A stretch of 64,000 bases of DNA from the NCBI GenBank assembly GCA_051530055.1, contig CM121341.1, positions 1,488,001 to 1,552,000 on the forward strand, in the 5' to 3' direction. Each line of letters starts with the position of its first letter. Within the stretch, counting starts at the first letter, position 1. The position numbers were made by a program, and so were the translations under genes. A model generated the notes under the pieces. That model was not told the DNA's origin and made no database searches. It saw only the letters and a program-made list of their open reading frames with translations. Of this stretch, positions 37,421 to 50,959 are shown piece after piece. The DNA is from Neoechinorhynchus agilis (Eukaryota; Animalia; Acanthocephala).

Positions 37421-39650
37421 ATGGATTTGAAACAAAACAGTAAAGTATAAGAGAATGAGAAGCAACAGTTCCGGTTTTCGCACATTTGATGGATCGATGC
37501 AGACATGGGTCGCGTACAAAGCTCAATTAGAATGCCATTTTGAAGCTTATGGTGCCATGTCAAATAAAACGAGCATTTTTCGTAGCATGGATGAACGCGG
37601 AGATGATGGCTATTGTGTGCAAATCCGCGGAGCTTAGTACAGTGGAGTACGAGGATATTATAAATATTCTAGATATCTTCTATGTACAAAGGAAGCCGAT
37701 CGCACAAGCTCGGTTCATCTTCAACAGTTGTCGTATGTTACCGACCATTCGATACACCAAGTGGATCACAGAATTGAAGGGATTGGCCCGGGAATGCGAT
37801 TTCTTCGATAAAGCGATAACAAACGAAGAACAAGCAATTGAACAACGAATCCGGAATCATGTGATCTGGTACGTACAGCATGACGAAATCCACCGGTCAA
37901 CACTGCGAAAGCAAAATCCGAGTTTTGAAGATGTAACGAGGATCATTTAAATAGTAGAGTCAGCAAAAGAAGCCGAGAAGAGCATGATGAATCCGTGGTG
38001 AGCGCACTCCGAGCAAGTTGACCTCATTAAGCGAGCGAAATGTTCAAGATGTGGAGGCAAATGGCATCCAAGAATCAACATGTTCCCAGCTCTAAATGCC
38101 GAATGTTTCAGGTGTCGAAAAAGGGGGCATTTTGGAAATGTTTGCCGCAGCTGAGCATGAGTGGAAGCAATCGTTTGTTCGGAGGACAGGGTAATTGAAA
38201 GTGCATGCTGTATAAAATGAATTGCATGCCCAGTCATTCTGTTAGAAATGGATGGGCACGAATTAGAAATGGAATTTGACATTGGTGCCTCGGTAACGGT
38301 CTTGTGGAAAAATATATGGAATGTGATTGGAAGACCGAAACTTCATCCAGCTAAGATGATAAAAGCGTACGGAGGTAAAGAGTTGATTGTAAAAGGAGAG
38401 TGCTGGTTAGATGTCCGTTACCACAAAAGAGATGTTCGAAGGAGTTTGGAAGCAACGGTTGTTGCAGAAGTGAATAAACCGTTATGCGGCCTACCATGGA
38501 TTCACATAAAAACAGCATCGAACATATTTCAAAGATTCATCGATGACCTCTTAAGGAACATCCCGGGTGTTGCTGCATACATGGACGACATTATAATCAG
38601 CAGTCAGAATGAGGAAGGAACGAGTCAATGAAGTTATAGGACGTTTATATAAGGCAAATTTAGAAGTGAAGGAGGCTCTAAGGTTTCCATAAGTTCGAAT
38701 TAGTAAGCGACTACAAACCATTAAAGTTCATTTTTGGTGAAGATCGTGAATTATCGAAGATAAGTAACAATCGGATAGTGCGCTGGTCGCTATATTTGGG
38801 TCAATATGACTACGAAATTAAGTATATTGCTGGAAAAGGAAATGTTCATGCGGATGTGATGTTTCGTTTACCAGTACAGGAGCAAGGGATGAAGAATATG
38901 GACCGGTATGAGGAGTCTTGTGAGGAGGCTAAGATGATCGTGTCGAATCTAAACGAGTTTGGCCTATCAGTGGAAGCACTTCAACAGGCAACAAAAAAAA
39001 GAGACAACGCTCAAGCTGGTCAAACAGTATGTGCAATTTCGATGGCCGGACAGAGTATCAAATGAGCTAGAACCTTTCAAAATTCGAAAATTAGAATTGG
39101 CCGTGGAAAAAAGAGTCTTCAAAAGCGCGTCCTAGCTTATTTACATAGTGGCCACTCTGGAATCTCAGGAATGAAGGCATTAGCGAAGCATCATATATGG
39201 TGGCCCGGAATGGATGCAGATCTCATAAGATTCGTTGGATTGTGCCAACAATGCCAATAACAAAGACCGATTGTGAGCAAGGTACCGTTGAACTTTGGCC
39301 ACTCTCAAATAGACCGTGGGAGAAAGTGCATATCGATCTAGCGGGTCCAAGTCACAGTTGGTTAGTGGCGGTTGACTCATACTTGAGATGGCCAGGGGTT
39401 GTCAGCATAAACAAAATAACGTCGTCCGCCGTAGTGAACAAGCTTAGAGAAATATTCGCGCGCAAGGATGTGCCCAAAGTATTGGTCTCAGACAACGGAG
39501 CACAATTTACCTGCAGCGAGTTCCATGATTACCGGAAAATAGAGAATTTCAAGATGAATCTTTTCTCCGGTACCACGGTCCGCAGATTTGAACGCTTTCT
39601 TTGGGTAAAGGGAATTAAAGGTGATTCCGCGTACGTAAATTGACGAGTGA
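37421..39650 (+). mobile_element. Decayed, internally deleted Ty3/Gypsy LTR retrotransposon
   Basis: Gag (TWVAYKAQLECHF), CX2CX4HX4C knuckle (CFRCRKRGHFGNVC), protease (FDIGASVT), RT remnant (YMDDIII), RNase H (RWSLYLGQYDYEIKY) and integrase (WWPGMD, VHIDLAGP, SDNGAQF). No LTRs recognised. Confidence 0.88.
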
Positions 39651-39746
39651 AATTTCATCTAACGAAGAGAGCCCTCAAAATTGCCAAAATTTATTCACCG
39701 TTTTGTTATGTTTTTCAAACGTTTATGCGAATTAATCTTACAATGC

Positions 39747-40030
39747 TATTGATCACAAACAATATCATTTTGGTCACTAACAATGTTTTACATATTCCCT
39801 TCTCAAGAAAATTCGGTTTGAATTAACAATTGTTTATTTCATAGATTGACCAGTATATTAAACTGAAATTAATCAAAATTACCAAGTCAAAATTTTAATC
39901 AGCTGCTTGATTAATGTAAATTTCGATTTTTTGTCCTTGTGCAGTTGCCGGCTTGCTGCCTAAATCCTTCGATGAAGGTAAGTTTGGAAGGATATCTACG
40001 AATATTTTAATGTTATCTTCTAACTAGAGA
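39747..40030 (+). repeat. ~280-bp direct repeat, copy 1 (copy 2 at 41657-41934)
   Basis: Both copies begin TATTGATCACAAACAATATCATTTT and end CTAACTAGAGA, with scattered substitutions. Confidence 0.85.
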
Positions 40031-40792
40031 TAAATGATTTCTTAAAAAAATCGATTTTTTTTGTCCAATGGACGTAACGAAAATAAAATGTTAAGGTCAT
40101 TTATTATACAGTAATTAGAGGTGGTAGTTAGCTCAATAAATAAAATAAATGTTAATGTCAAATGTTTATTGACCATTTCTGGAATCGGATTGAAGTGCTG
40201 GGTTATTTGCTTTGGAAAAATCAAGCACAGCATCGTCGAAAATCCACTTAGTTTGCCCTAAATGCTGCCTGCGATTTGCTTTGATTCTGGCTGAGGTCGT
40301 GGGAGAACGAAGCTTGATCTCCGTATCTTTTAAACAGAGTTCTTCATTTGGTAAGTTATTAGCTGAATTTTGCATTGTTGGTAGATATTATTCAATTGCA
40401 GCAAATATCGACGATTATGGACCAGTTTGCTGACGAGATACGCTTTCTATTCAAAACCAGCGGTCACGTGGACCAACCATGAAATTGATATCGATCTGGT
40501 TTTTGAAGAATATGTGAAACGTGATCAAATGGATTAAATTTCAGTTGAATGAACTTAAAGCTCTTTAGTGTCTAGGGAGCTTTCCAGTAAAATTTGAAAA
40601 TATTTGCGCCGCTTTTAATGATATTCAACCGAAATTATGATGATAATATTTAGTTGGTAAAAGTATTTTCTTATGGCTTTAAAAATCGATCTTGGTAAAA
40701 TGCCGAAAAGGTGAATGCTTACACGTTGTTTTAATAGGACAGCAAAAACAGTTGGACTTTAGGTTGACGATTATTTTTAGGATCGAATTACC

Positions 40793-41196
40793 CGCCTTCG
40801 TAAATATTCTGTCTATCAAGCGTCAAATATTTGACATCAATATATTTATTAGAAATACATTTAAGCGACCGTAAATCTCTTATTTACTTCGACTTAAATA
40901 TTGCGTAATCTTCTTCCCTTAAATTATTTGAAACATTAAACGGATAAGATTAATGTAATAATAAAAATATTTCACGATTTCGTGTTAAAAACGCGTCCAT
41001 GAAACGGAGTCTAAAACTCGCCTTCGTTAATATTCTACCTATCAAGCATCAAATATTTGACATCAATAGATTTACTAGAAATATATTTAAACGGTCGTAA
41101 TTTTTATCCATTTCAACTTGCAATACAATTAAAAAATTTCCTTTAAATTTCATGGAAAAGATTGATCGCCAAGATTAATGTTAGAATGAAAATATT
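40793..41196 (+). repeat. Tandem duplication, period ~226 bp
   Basis: CGCCTTCGT(A/T)AATATTCT...CAAATATTTGACATCAATA begins at 40793 and 41019. Confidence 0.8.
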
Positions 41197-42420
41197 GAAT
41201 TCTACTGCAAGTAGATATTTAAAAATTAATAATAAACTATGAGAAATCTAAATTAAAAATGTTGTTGAACAACATGTAGAAAGGCAAAACTATTTAGAAA
41301 GCTTGTTTGCTGTAGGGGCAAAAAATTCGGAAGTATAGATAAATTTAATCGGAGGAATGCGCGAAAATCGTTACTATTCATTTAGATATTGACGAAAAGG
41401 GCTATAAAACTGAGCGATCATGGCTATGAAAACTAATGTGAAAATTGCATAATACACTTAAAGAGCAAATACAATTTTTTAAGATTCACCGTCTTGTTAT
41501 TCGTCCATTTTCCGCCAATCACTTGTACTATCGAATAGATTGGTCATCATCGTTAAGTAACTTCTGTAAACTTAATATAACAGATTCCCCAAGCGATCGT
41601 GGAGGTTTTTTTCGGATGCTGCGATTCCTTCGCTATTGAATTAATCCTTATAATATTATTGATCACAAACAATATCATTTTAGTCACTGACAATGTTTAA
41701 CATATTCTCTTGTCAAGAAAATTCCGTTTGAATTAACAATTGTTCATTTCATAGATTCACCAGAAACTGAAATCAATTAAAATTACCCCGCCAAAACCTT
41801 AATAAGCATCTTGATTAATGTAAATTTCGACTTTTGTCCTTGCGCGGTTGCCGGTTTGCTGCCTAAATCCATCCATGCAGCTAAGTTTAAAAAAGATATT
41901 TACGAATATTTTAATATTATATTCTAACTAGAGATTATATTTATTTTATATTGTTCCATTAATTAATTTTTTTTGAAATTCTCTTACACAATTCCAAGAT
42001 CCCCGATCGAAATTGAATCAACTCTGCAATCAGCGAGTTCATACTTATCTGTATCTGTTGTCCTAAATTGTTAACATTAAGTTAGTGGATCTTTTTTGCT
42101 TTTCATCTTACCTTCGATTAAAAATAAGGTGAATTCTGCTCGCAAATAAAAAAAATGCAAAGATTGGGATCAATAACATTAAGATTAGCAAAAGATAAAA
42201 ATAATCATCACTCGGATTGTTTTCGACATTCAACTGTTCTGAAATGTTGTTTTGTCTTGATTTTTCGTTTAAGTAAGGAGAAATTTTGAAGCTTGCAAGA
42301 ATAAACAAAATGGTTATAAATCGATGCATAGAAGTTATCATCGTTGAAACAAAGTCGAGCAGCACCTTCGAAAGGTAGGTATAAATGTAGAACAAAAAAC
42401 TACTTTTAAATTTGCTTTTG

Positions 42421-42609
42421 TTTGTACAATAAACTAACTCACAAACTAATTTGTATGCTTGTTTGTACAACAAACTAACTCACAAACTAATTTGTATGCT
42501 TATTTGTACAACAAATTAACTCACAAACTAATTTGTATGCTTGTTTGTACAACAAACTAACTCACAAACTAATTTGTATGCTTATTTGTATAACAAATTA
42601 ACTTACAAA
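42421..42609 (+). repeat. 41-bp minisatellite, ~4.5 copies
   Basis: Unit TTTGTACAACAAA(C/T)TAACTCACAAACTAATTTGTATGCTT(G/A), with alternating variants. Confidence 0.9.
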
Positions 42610-44208
42610 GTGGCCTACAATCGTTCTTGGAATCTTTTTATGAGATGACTGCATTTCATTCTACACCATTTTTAAAAATTTTCCTCGAACAAAAATATAG
42701 TAATCTTCATATTGCCCCACACATGGATTTCTCTTTCAAATCCACCTGTAGAAAACAAATCGTCAGTCGTTTCCATAAGCTAACAGCAACCGTTTTCATG
42801 TGCACTTGGAACAGAGGCTACCGTGAAAAGATCTTGACCACTATGAACTTTTATCATTTTGTCACCTCCTCTATGGATTTCGTCAATTGTCTTTATGAGC
42901 TTCATATCACAATCTTGAACACGGTTTTATTTATGCAATGATCCTTTGATTGAAGTCGCGAATATGCCATCAAACATCCCAACGTGATGCAAAAGTTGCC
43001 GTTTCTTCGCATCGATATTTGATATAATCATTTTTGTTATCGCAAAATGTTTTTCCGGCATTCCTAAAAATGGTGGTTCTACCATGTGAAGCATTCTAAA
43101 ATTGAAGTAGAATCCTGTTTCGCAAACAACAAATGTAAATCTTTCCTTGGTACTCCTTGTGCGAAATCCGAAATAAGGGGTTTAATCGCTTGGAAAACCC
43201 CTTTGGATTTCTCAAACCTTATCTCGCCCAAGCAAGAAGTTCAATGTTTTCCGGCTTAAATAATTGAAATTCGAATCTGAGTTTCAGTTTCGTTCAAACG
43301 TCAGCAAAGCGAATCCACTTGAAAGTTAGCAGGATTTTAAATATTGATATCTTCGTCGAATGCAAAAAATGTGATTTTTTAAATTTTGTGAACTGTAGGT
43401 CAATCAAAAGCCGAAGTGGCTCAAAACCTGCGCCTTAGATTGAACTATCGAATATACCTGGACGAAATATTATTTGAATCTTTTTGCAGTATTCCAAGTC
43501 TGCCATCGTCAATAACATCAGAAGCCATAAAAGATGCTTCTCTAATCAATCTCCAATGACGAGGAATGCAAGTGAAGTAAATAAGATCAAAAATTTACCG
43601 TTAATAATATTCATGTAATTTTTATTTTCTTTACCTTTAAATTCGTTTTTCGACTTTAAAAGCCAATCTGAAATTGTTGTAAAATAGGATAAAAACTAAT
43701 TTGTATCAAGATTTTACTGTATGTTTTGATTGTTGGATTTGCCATTCACAGTTATGTGATGATTTTCCTTATTCACTTTAAGAAATCAATCTCAATAATT
43801 TTAATTCCGTTCGATGTGTTTTGAAAACTCACATATTTCCCAAGATTTTCCTAGGATGTATTTAACAACGGGCGCTGTTTAATTCCTTTTAAATTGCATT
43901 CTCCATTAAACAGATTATCTTGCGCTCGTGACACTGTATTAAAGAATCAAATAATCGTTAATTTCAACACAGAAACTATATACTCATTTTTAAGAACAAA
44001 ATAAGAAAACTCCGACCCAACACGCTCTTCAGACGGCTCAATTTCATATTGTACAGCTTACAAGTTTCATCCTCAAAACATTTACCATTTATACAACGGA
44101 ATATTTCTGAAGTGTTGTGATTGGCATATATCCGTAATTGGACGTTGAACGTGATATTTGTGAATTTTTATCGGAGTTACTTTCGCCAGGACTGATCATT
44201 GGTGACAT

Positions 44209-46632
44209 CTAAACAAAATGCATTCTATTATTTCTAACCGATGAAAAACTCACGCTATTTTGAGTCTTATAAGCCTTTGATGTGCACATTCGTACGAACA
44301 TGACTGGATTCATATGCCTAATACATCCAACTGATGTTAAACTCATTAATATCATTACAATGAGTGTCAGTAGTATACATGCGACATAAGTCTTGAATGT
44401 GTTATACGAAGAAAACGATCTTTTTCTGTATCCAATAGTTCCTTCAGATAAGTCTATTTCACAAAATACATTAATGCTGGTTTGTCGTGGTGGAATTCCC
44501 ATGTCTCCAGCGACTAATCGAATCGAATGAACGCCTTCAGGAGCTCGAATTGAGTACAGACCATTTTGTCGCAGTTCAAAGTAAGGATGAGGATCGAGTT
44601 TAACATGAACTAAAGCATTTTGACCGAGATCACCGTCGTAGACTTGAATGTCACATACAAAGCCAGTGGAGAAATAAATCTTTATGGTCTCATTTGGCGA
44701 TGGTCGAATAAACTTTGGGGCATTGTCGTTTATGTCCATCACTTCGATGTGTACCTTTGCCTGCTCTATCCTTGAAAAGTCCGCGTTACTTATTATGATG
44801 TCCAATTGGTGATTATCTGCGTTCTCACGATCCAATGGTTGTTTAGAACGAAGAACTCCTGTATCTTTATTAAGATCGAATAGGTCAGACTCCCCGTTTA
44901 CGAAGATAAATACTCATTTCGTGAAACGATTAATATGAAAAATTGAACTATCGGGCAAAATTTTTGCATACTTTAAGACCTGCAACGCTGTCTCTGATCA
45001 AAAAATTCCCAGACACTGACGATAAAGTTTTTTGTTATTGATTGCTAGAAATCTTGGATTTTCTTGTAATTTTAAATTAAATTCCATTTATTAAAAGAGA
45101 AAAACTAAAATATTCACAAAAAGCGATAAAGTGAATTAAAAAGACTATAACATAGCAATCAATATATACTTGCCAAACTGAGCTGAAATCAAAATCTACG
45201 TAATTCTATATTTAAAATAGAAGTCCCGGTATTTATAAAGAATGCAAAATTTAAATACTATAAATCACAAAGATGATAACAACGATTGACTTTGTTATAG
45301 AAGATATCTTAACATGAGCTATAATTCCAAAATCTCAAGATTTTGTCAGGAAAAAGGCAGTTGCTGTGACAGCGAAAAAAACCTTAATAAAATTCGATTG
45401 TATTTCTTTAAGCACAAATTGAAAAATGATGCCAGTATTTTAGGTACTCAGCAATATTTTTAGCCTATAAAAATTCCAGCAATGTCATAGCATCGACAAA
45501 ATATCCATCTTTTTTGAAGAGTTCGTTCTGACATAAAGATTAAAATCTGCAGATAAAAAATCTATGAGGTTTTCATTTATCAAAATGCAGATAAAATATT
45601 TCGTCCCAAGGGTGCACTTTATTGTCTAGCCTTGTAAGATATCTGGATGCCGAAAAAAAGGGACGTCAAAAATGTTGGTTGAAATGTTGTCAAACGAAGA
45701 CACTGCATAATCTATGAGGTAAGGTCGTTTCGATTATCTTGTAATGAGTGTCATCTTCATAGATAATATTGGAAGGTTCCATTAACCACATCGGGGACTG
45801 TCAAATATCCGATAAGCGCATTTGGGTCATTTTCTCTTGCGGTCAAGTGGTAAGACCGAACAAATGGGTCATGGTGCACCCGCTTTATCTTTTGTCCACT
45901 CTCCAGATGAGTTCTTCTTTTCTTTGATTTTCTTAAGTCTATCGCCGGAACTTGAACATGTAGAGCAAAGGAGCAGACAAAATAGTCATCGGCATAAAAA
46001 TCGATTTGATTGAAATTATATTGTTGGTTATTATTTCCTATTAAAACTACAGTATTGCCGTCTACTTGTTCTACTTCCAAAAGGCTTTCCGTTTTATTAA
46101 TAAGACGGAGTGTGAATGGCTGTGCGTCTGTGGGTGTAAGGATCAATGTGGCCAAGAGTGATCCATTTTCCGGATAGTCAAATAAACTTACATTCATCAT
46201 CCGTTCAGTTTCAGCATGTTCATTTTGAAAATCAGCGAGTGTCCAAGTATGTACAGGAACTGTGTCGAATTCATTTTCAATATTTACATGAACATAAAGA
46301 AGGTTTATGAATTCTTTTGTCCGATTGAAACTTTCAACAATTAATCGAACATAATTGGTTTCCTCATAGTCCAACGGTTTTATACAACTGATTTTTCCAG
46401 ATTTATTATGAAGTCGAAAATGATCCATGAAACGACCGAACGGCTGATACTGGTTTGCGAACCGAAATCGTTCACTTGGATGAGTTGATCTTATCGTCAA
46501 CAGGTTGTCCACAATTTTATTTTCCGGCACCGAGACGTTATAATTGTTAAGACTTAGTGACACGTCCAGCAACAATAAAACAATTAGAATTGATGAATGT
46601 ACAATCGCTTCCACAATACCCAAATGGGACAT
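44209..46632 (-). CDS. Short cadherin-family (protocadherin-like) type I membrane protein, two exons
   Basis: Signal peptide; cadherin motifs PEN, LDYEE, LDREN, DINDNAPKF, DGDLGQNA, AGDMGIPP; TM helix and short tail. The two ORFs are in the same frame and separated by an 861-nt interruption. Confidence 0.88.
44899..45761 (-). other. Candidate TA-bounded hairpin intron in the cadherin gene (861 nt)
   Basis: Sense ends ATGAAGAT-GACACTCATT ... AATGAGTATTT-ATCTTCGT pair. TA repeats at 45760-45761 and 44899-44900. Removal gives NGTFQYYLNGESDLFDLNKDTG in frame. Confidence 0.7.
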
Positions 46633-48529
46633 TTTGTCTTCTGCGTGGTACTAAAGATGTTTTCGGCAAAAAAGGCTTCTTAGAAAGTCTTTATCACCTT
46701 TCACAAATAGTTATTGAGACATGCAATGAAGGATCCTGTACGCTGCCTATAGGGCTTCATGTCTGAAACAGCTTTTCTCAATGAAGGACCGAGAACAAGT
46801 GTACAGGCCCGAATCAGCCGCTCTCGTCTTAATATAACATGCTGATAAAGCTGCCACATCGTGTCAAGTCCGCGATGTCAGCTTATAAAAAATCGTAGTT
46901 ACCGGACATGGGAGATTCGTCCCGGTGGGGATTGCATACCTTTTTACTCTTAGCAGACAACCACTCGAAGGCCGATTAGAGAAGAAGAAGAGAAAGAGTA
47001 AATTATCCATAAAGGGCTTGACAGTTCTCGATCGAAGGAGGAAACGGTAATGAATGTTGGTAGGGCAAATGGACGAGAGCCAATGAGGCGAATGATAAAA
47101 AAAATGTAGTCCCGCTTACACGTGTGCTTCCTCATCTCGGACATCGTATCTACGTACTTCTCGGCGAACTCCTCAATCTTCAGACCTGATTAATTTTCCA
47201 CCTGACTCGGCCGTCGATCTTTTCATAACAATTCTTAGGGGCATAAATCGCCGACGGCTCAGTCACCTGTACAGAACCGGCTATATGACGCCTCTTTCAA
47301 TGAGAATCGACGGCTTTTAAAGACCACAGATTTGAATTTTACAGCGAGAAAAAAGATTATATGTCATCAACAATAGATTTTAATGGCCGCACTTCCGTTG
47401 GCACTTTAACAAAAGCATTTTGCTGAGAGCCAATGGCGGTTGTCGATGAGGCAACTGGCAAAAATTCATTAATCCGTTCGTCCTCGCTTCAATGATCTAA
47501 TGTAGGCTAGACGCTGCTTCTCCTTTTTTTCATTAAATCCATCAATTTATTTTCTCCGCCTATTTTTTATCATGTCGATAACCTAAGTTATCTCGTTTGG
47601 AGGCGGTGGCGATGACAACAAACTTACTGGAAAATTACTAGCGTTGAGAACCACCGAGAAAAATGTACCATATAGAGAAATGATGTATCGGATTTCATTG
47701 TCAATTTAGGCTCTTAAACCGCTCGCTTCCTAAATTCCACAATGGAAGTATGTCGGCTGCTAGGTGCACTACGACGGCTGGATAAAACAAAAGTTTTATG
47801 AAATACAAACGTGGTTTGCTATCGCGGTTTAAAATACCCTTTAGCTCTGGTTAACGATTATCGATTAAATCGTCTAGACATTCAAATCAATCAGTTGTTT
47901 AAAGTCTAACGCGGCCTGCACTCCTACGAGTCCTTGAGACAAAGTCCTTCTTAAGGCGATTGAAATGGTAATTATCCTGATGGAAACAATTCGGATTAAT
48001 CTTCTATACCGTCTAAGCGAGCCCGGATTAGAGAAGATCTTGAAATCAATTCCGGATTTTCAAATAGAAGCACTCCTCTTTATATTCTAGTCGTCTGAAC
48101 AGAACTTGAATGGTGATCTTATTGTGAGACGAATTTGAAAGAGGTCACGGAATCAGACACTGTCAAAGAAGCACAGTCATGCCATAGTTTCCTCACACAA
48201 AGTCTTTGTTAGAATCAGATAAATGGGATGCTTATTACAAAATCCCGCATTTCAAACCCTCAATCGTGTGATTATTAATATAAGATTATCTGTGCGAATA
48301 ATCAAATAACATTGAATATCACCAATAGCAGCAGCAGCAAAAGCAGCAGCAGCAGTGGCCGTCGGGGTCGATTGTGTATGTGCTTGTAGCAGAAAGCAAA
48401 TTAAATTCGAATTATTTCCATAACATCGATGCCCTTTCCCTGGACAATAACGCACTTGGGACAGATGCTGAAGATCGGTCTGGCGACGGTAGTGGAAATG
48501 TGAAAAGTACCGTTGTCTAACTTGGGGCC

Positions 48530-48830
48530 ATGGGTTTATCCCGCGAGCATGTATCTCATTTCATGAGAAACATCAGGTGCTTTAGAGAAGATCTCTTGAA
48601 ATCTGAAACTAGAAAACAAAGAGTCATGGCATTGATATTTAATGTAAACGACACACACGAAACACAACAAAAAACTCATTGGCAATTATTTGTATTGGCA
48701 AATCGCAATGGCATTTATGGCAAATCTCCATTTGATTGATGTATAGGTCATTTATTGTTTGTAAGTCGTGGTTGATCGCATTCGAAGCGATTGCGTTTCA
48801 ATCTGTTTATTAATCCTTTACCAAAAATAT
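48530..48830 (+). pseudogene. Possible relic of an adenain-like (Polinton/Maverick-type) cysteine protease
   Basis: ALIFNVND...THWQLFVL resembles the His-Trp catalytic segment; a SDCVSIC-like segment follows in another frame. Confidence 0.35.
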
Positions 48831-49018
48831 GGAAGGTGCTTATGTTGAGGGAAAACATCGGATAAAAAAGATTAGCTAATCCTTCTTGAAAGTAATGCTC
48901 TTCTGGAAAAATACTGCAAATCGAATATCCTTTGGTGTTTAAAGACAAAAGTTCACGATTAACTTTATTTAGTAAATATTGTTTTTGTCCGCTGAAATAA
49001 TGTCAAAACAATCGAAGT

Positions 49019-49216
49019 TTGCATGGAGCGCTCGGCAGCTCGGCACTCTCTCTGCTCAAGGATCTCTCGAAGAAATTGAGAGAGGCAACCGGAGACTCAA
49101 GAGCAGGCTTATTTCTTCGACAAAATATCTCGCTGGCAGTACAACGGGGCAATGCTGCCAGCGTGATGGCGACGGTCGAGGAAGGACAAAAGCTGGAATT
49201 TGGTGGGAGGTGGTGA
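49019..49216 (+). mobile_element. 3' end of a CRE-clade non-LTR retrotransposon
   Basis: LSKKLREATGDSRAGLFLRQNISLAVQRGNAASV is the characteristic C-terminus of CRE-clade RLE elements. Confidence 0.8.
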
Positions 49217-50959
49217 ATGTAAAGAAAAGTTGATAAAAGACACCTGAAATAAATCAACAGTTTTTTTTCAATAAAATTTAATTTTGTCTTGTGCCAGCAT
49301 GGATTTAACATTAAATCGTTATTCATAATTTTCCATGAGTGACTTAAACTTTAATCGATTTTAATTGCGAAGTCAGTGCCTTCTTTTGACTCTATTCTTT
49401 CTATATGCAATAATGAAGTGGACTAAATCGGTCGCACTTGTCACTCGAATATAATAAACTTCAAGTCTCAAGATTTGAAGCACGGATTATTGTAGTTTTA
49501 AATGAAACTATAAAAATACAATTTTAACAGCGAATTCTTTTACTGTGGAATTTTTAGTTGCATAAAATAATTTTTACCCCGAACCTTGTCAAACCACAAA
49601 TTGTATCAAATGCACCTGCGAGCGATTCAAAATATTTTTGATGTAAAATCATTTAAGCCTAAGAGATAATTGAGTATTCTTTAAAATGCAATGCATTCGG
49701 AAAGCTCTCCGGTATAACGAAATGTTCAATGATTGACTTTTTCTGAAGATGAGAGGCTTGAATTTTTGATTTCTTGAATATAAAGTGTACAAAGCTAGCC
49801 TTTTTAACTAAAATGCGTTAACTAGACAATAATTTTATTCTTAGTCTACGAATGTACCCTCTTGTAAGCACATTAATTTGTCAAATTCTTTGTGTCCTAC
49901 ATTAAAAGCGTTGAAAAATAAACACTATCTCAATACTATCGATATAAAGGATTCTAATTTCTAACCAACAACTTCATCTTAAAACGAACTTACTAGCAAA
50001 TTTAACCTAAATACAGAAGCGAATGCCTAAAATGAAATAATTAGTATTACAAAATTCATCGCTGGGAAAACGACTCTGAACTAAAGATGAACACTTTTAC
50101 CCAAAAGATGTCTGTATTGTATTAAATATATCGGCTGATTAAATTTTCCTATTTTATAAATTTCCACTTTGATACTATTAAAGATGCAATCGCGAAACCG
50201 ACTTAACTATGGCGGATGCTTTTTAACTTGTTCGCTTCTTAATGGAAAATGTATTTCGCAAGTTTTGGTCTCAGTAAAACAATGCAAAATTTATAATGAA
50301 ATTTTAAAGGGTTACATTTATTACAATCTTTAACTCTTGCATAATCAATTCTTAAGACCACGAATATGCCTTTGGTTGTTGCCAATAGAAAGCAACAGTA
50401 AGAACGTAAATAAATTAGAGCACATGTCTTGCATTTTCGTTATTTAAGGCTTTTCTTGTAAATGATTGCAGAAAGCTCTCTTACACTTCATAGATTTCCA
50501 TTTTCTCCGCACTATTGCTTTTTTTATTGTAAAATCGCTATAGATCAATTAAGAAAGCAAAAATGTGAGCCATTGTATCCTTGATTTTGTTGTTCGTTTA
50601 AGACCTTGTCTGAGCATTACTACAGCCATCTGTCAATAAAAGGAAAAGTCTTCAGAAATATTATAAAGCAATTTACTAATAATAATTCAAATCCAATCAG
50701 AGATTGAGGAGGATAAGACTTCCTCTTTGCATATAATATTGTCAACATTTCATCCCATCAGAACGTAAGTCGCAAGATAAATACGTTCAATTGTTGATGG
50801 ATTCAAAGACATCCAAACGATTTGCACTGTTTTTTTGGGTTCATCATCATCTTTGCGACGATTATGACTTTGCAAACTATATGACAAGAAATAAAAAACG
50901 TGAAGTTCTCGAGTACTTTCAAACACACTCGCTACCTAAGTCTCAAGCGATTTTTTCGA

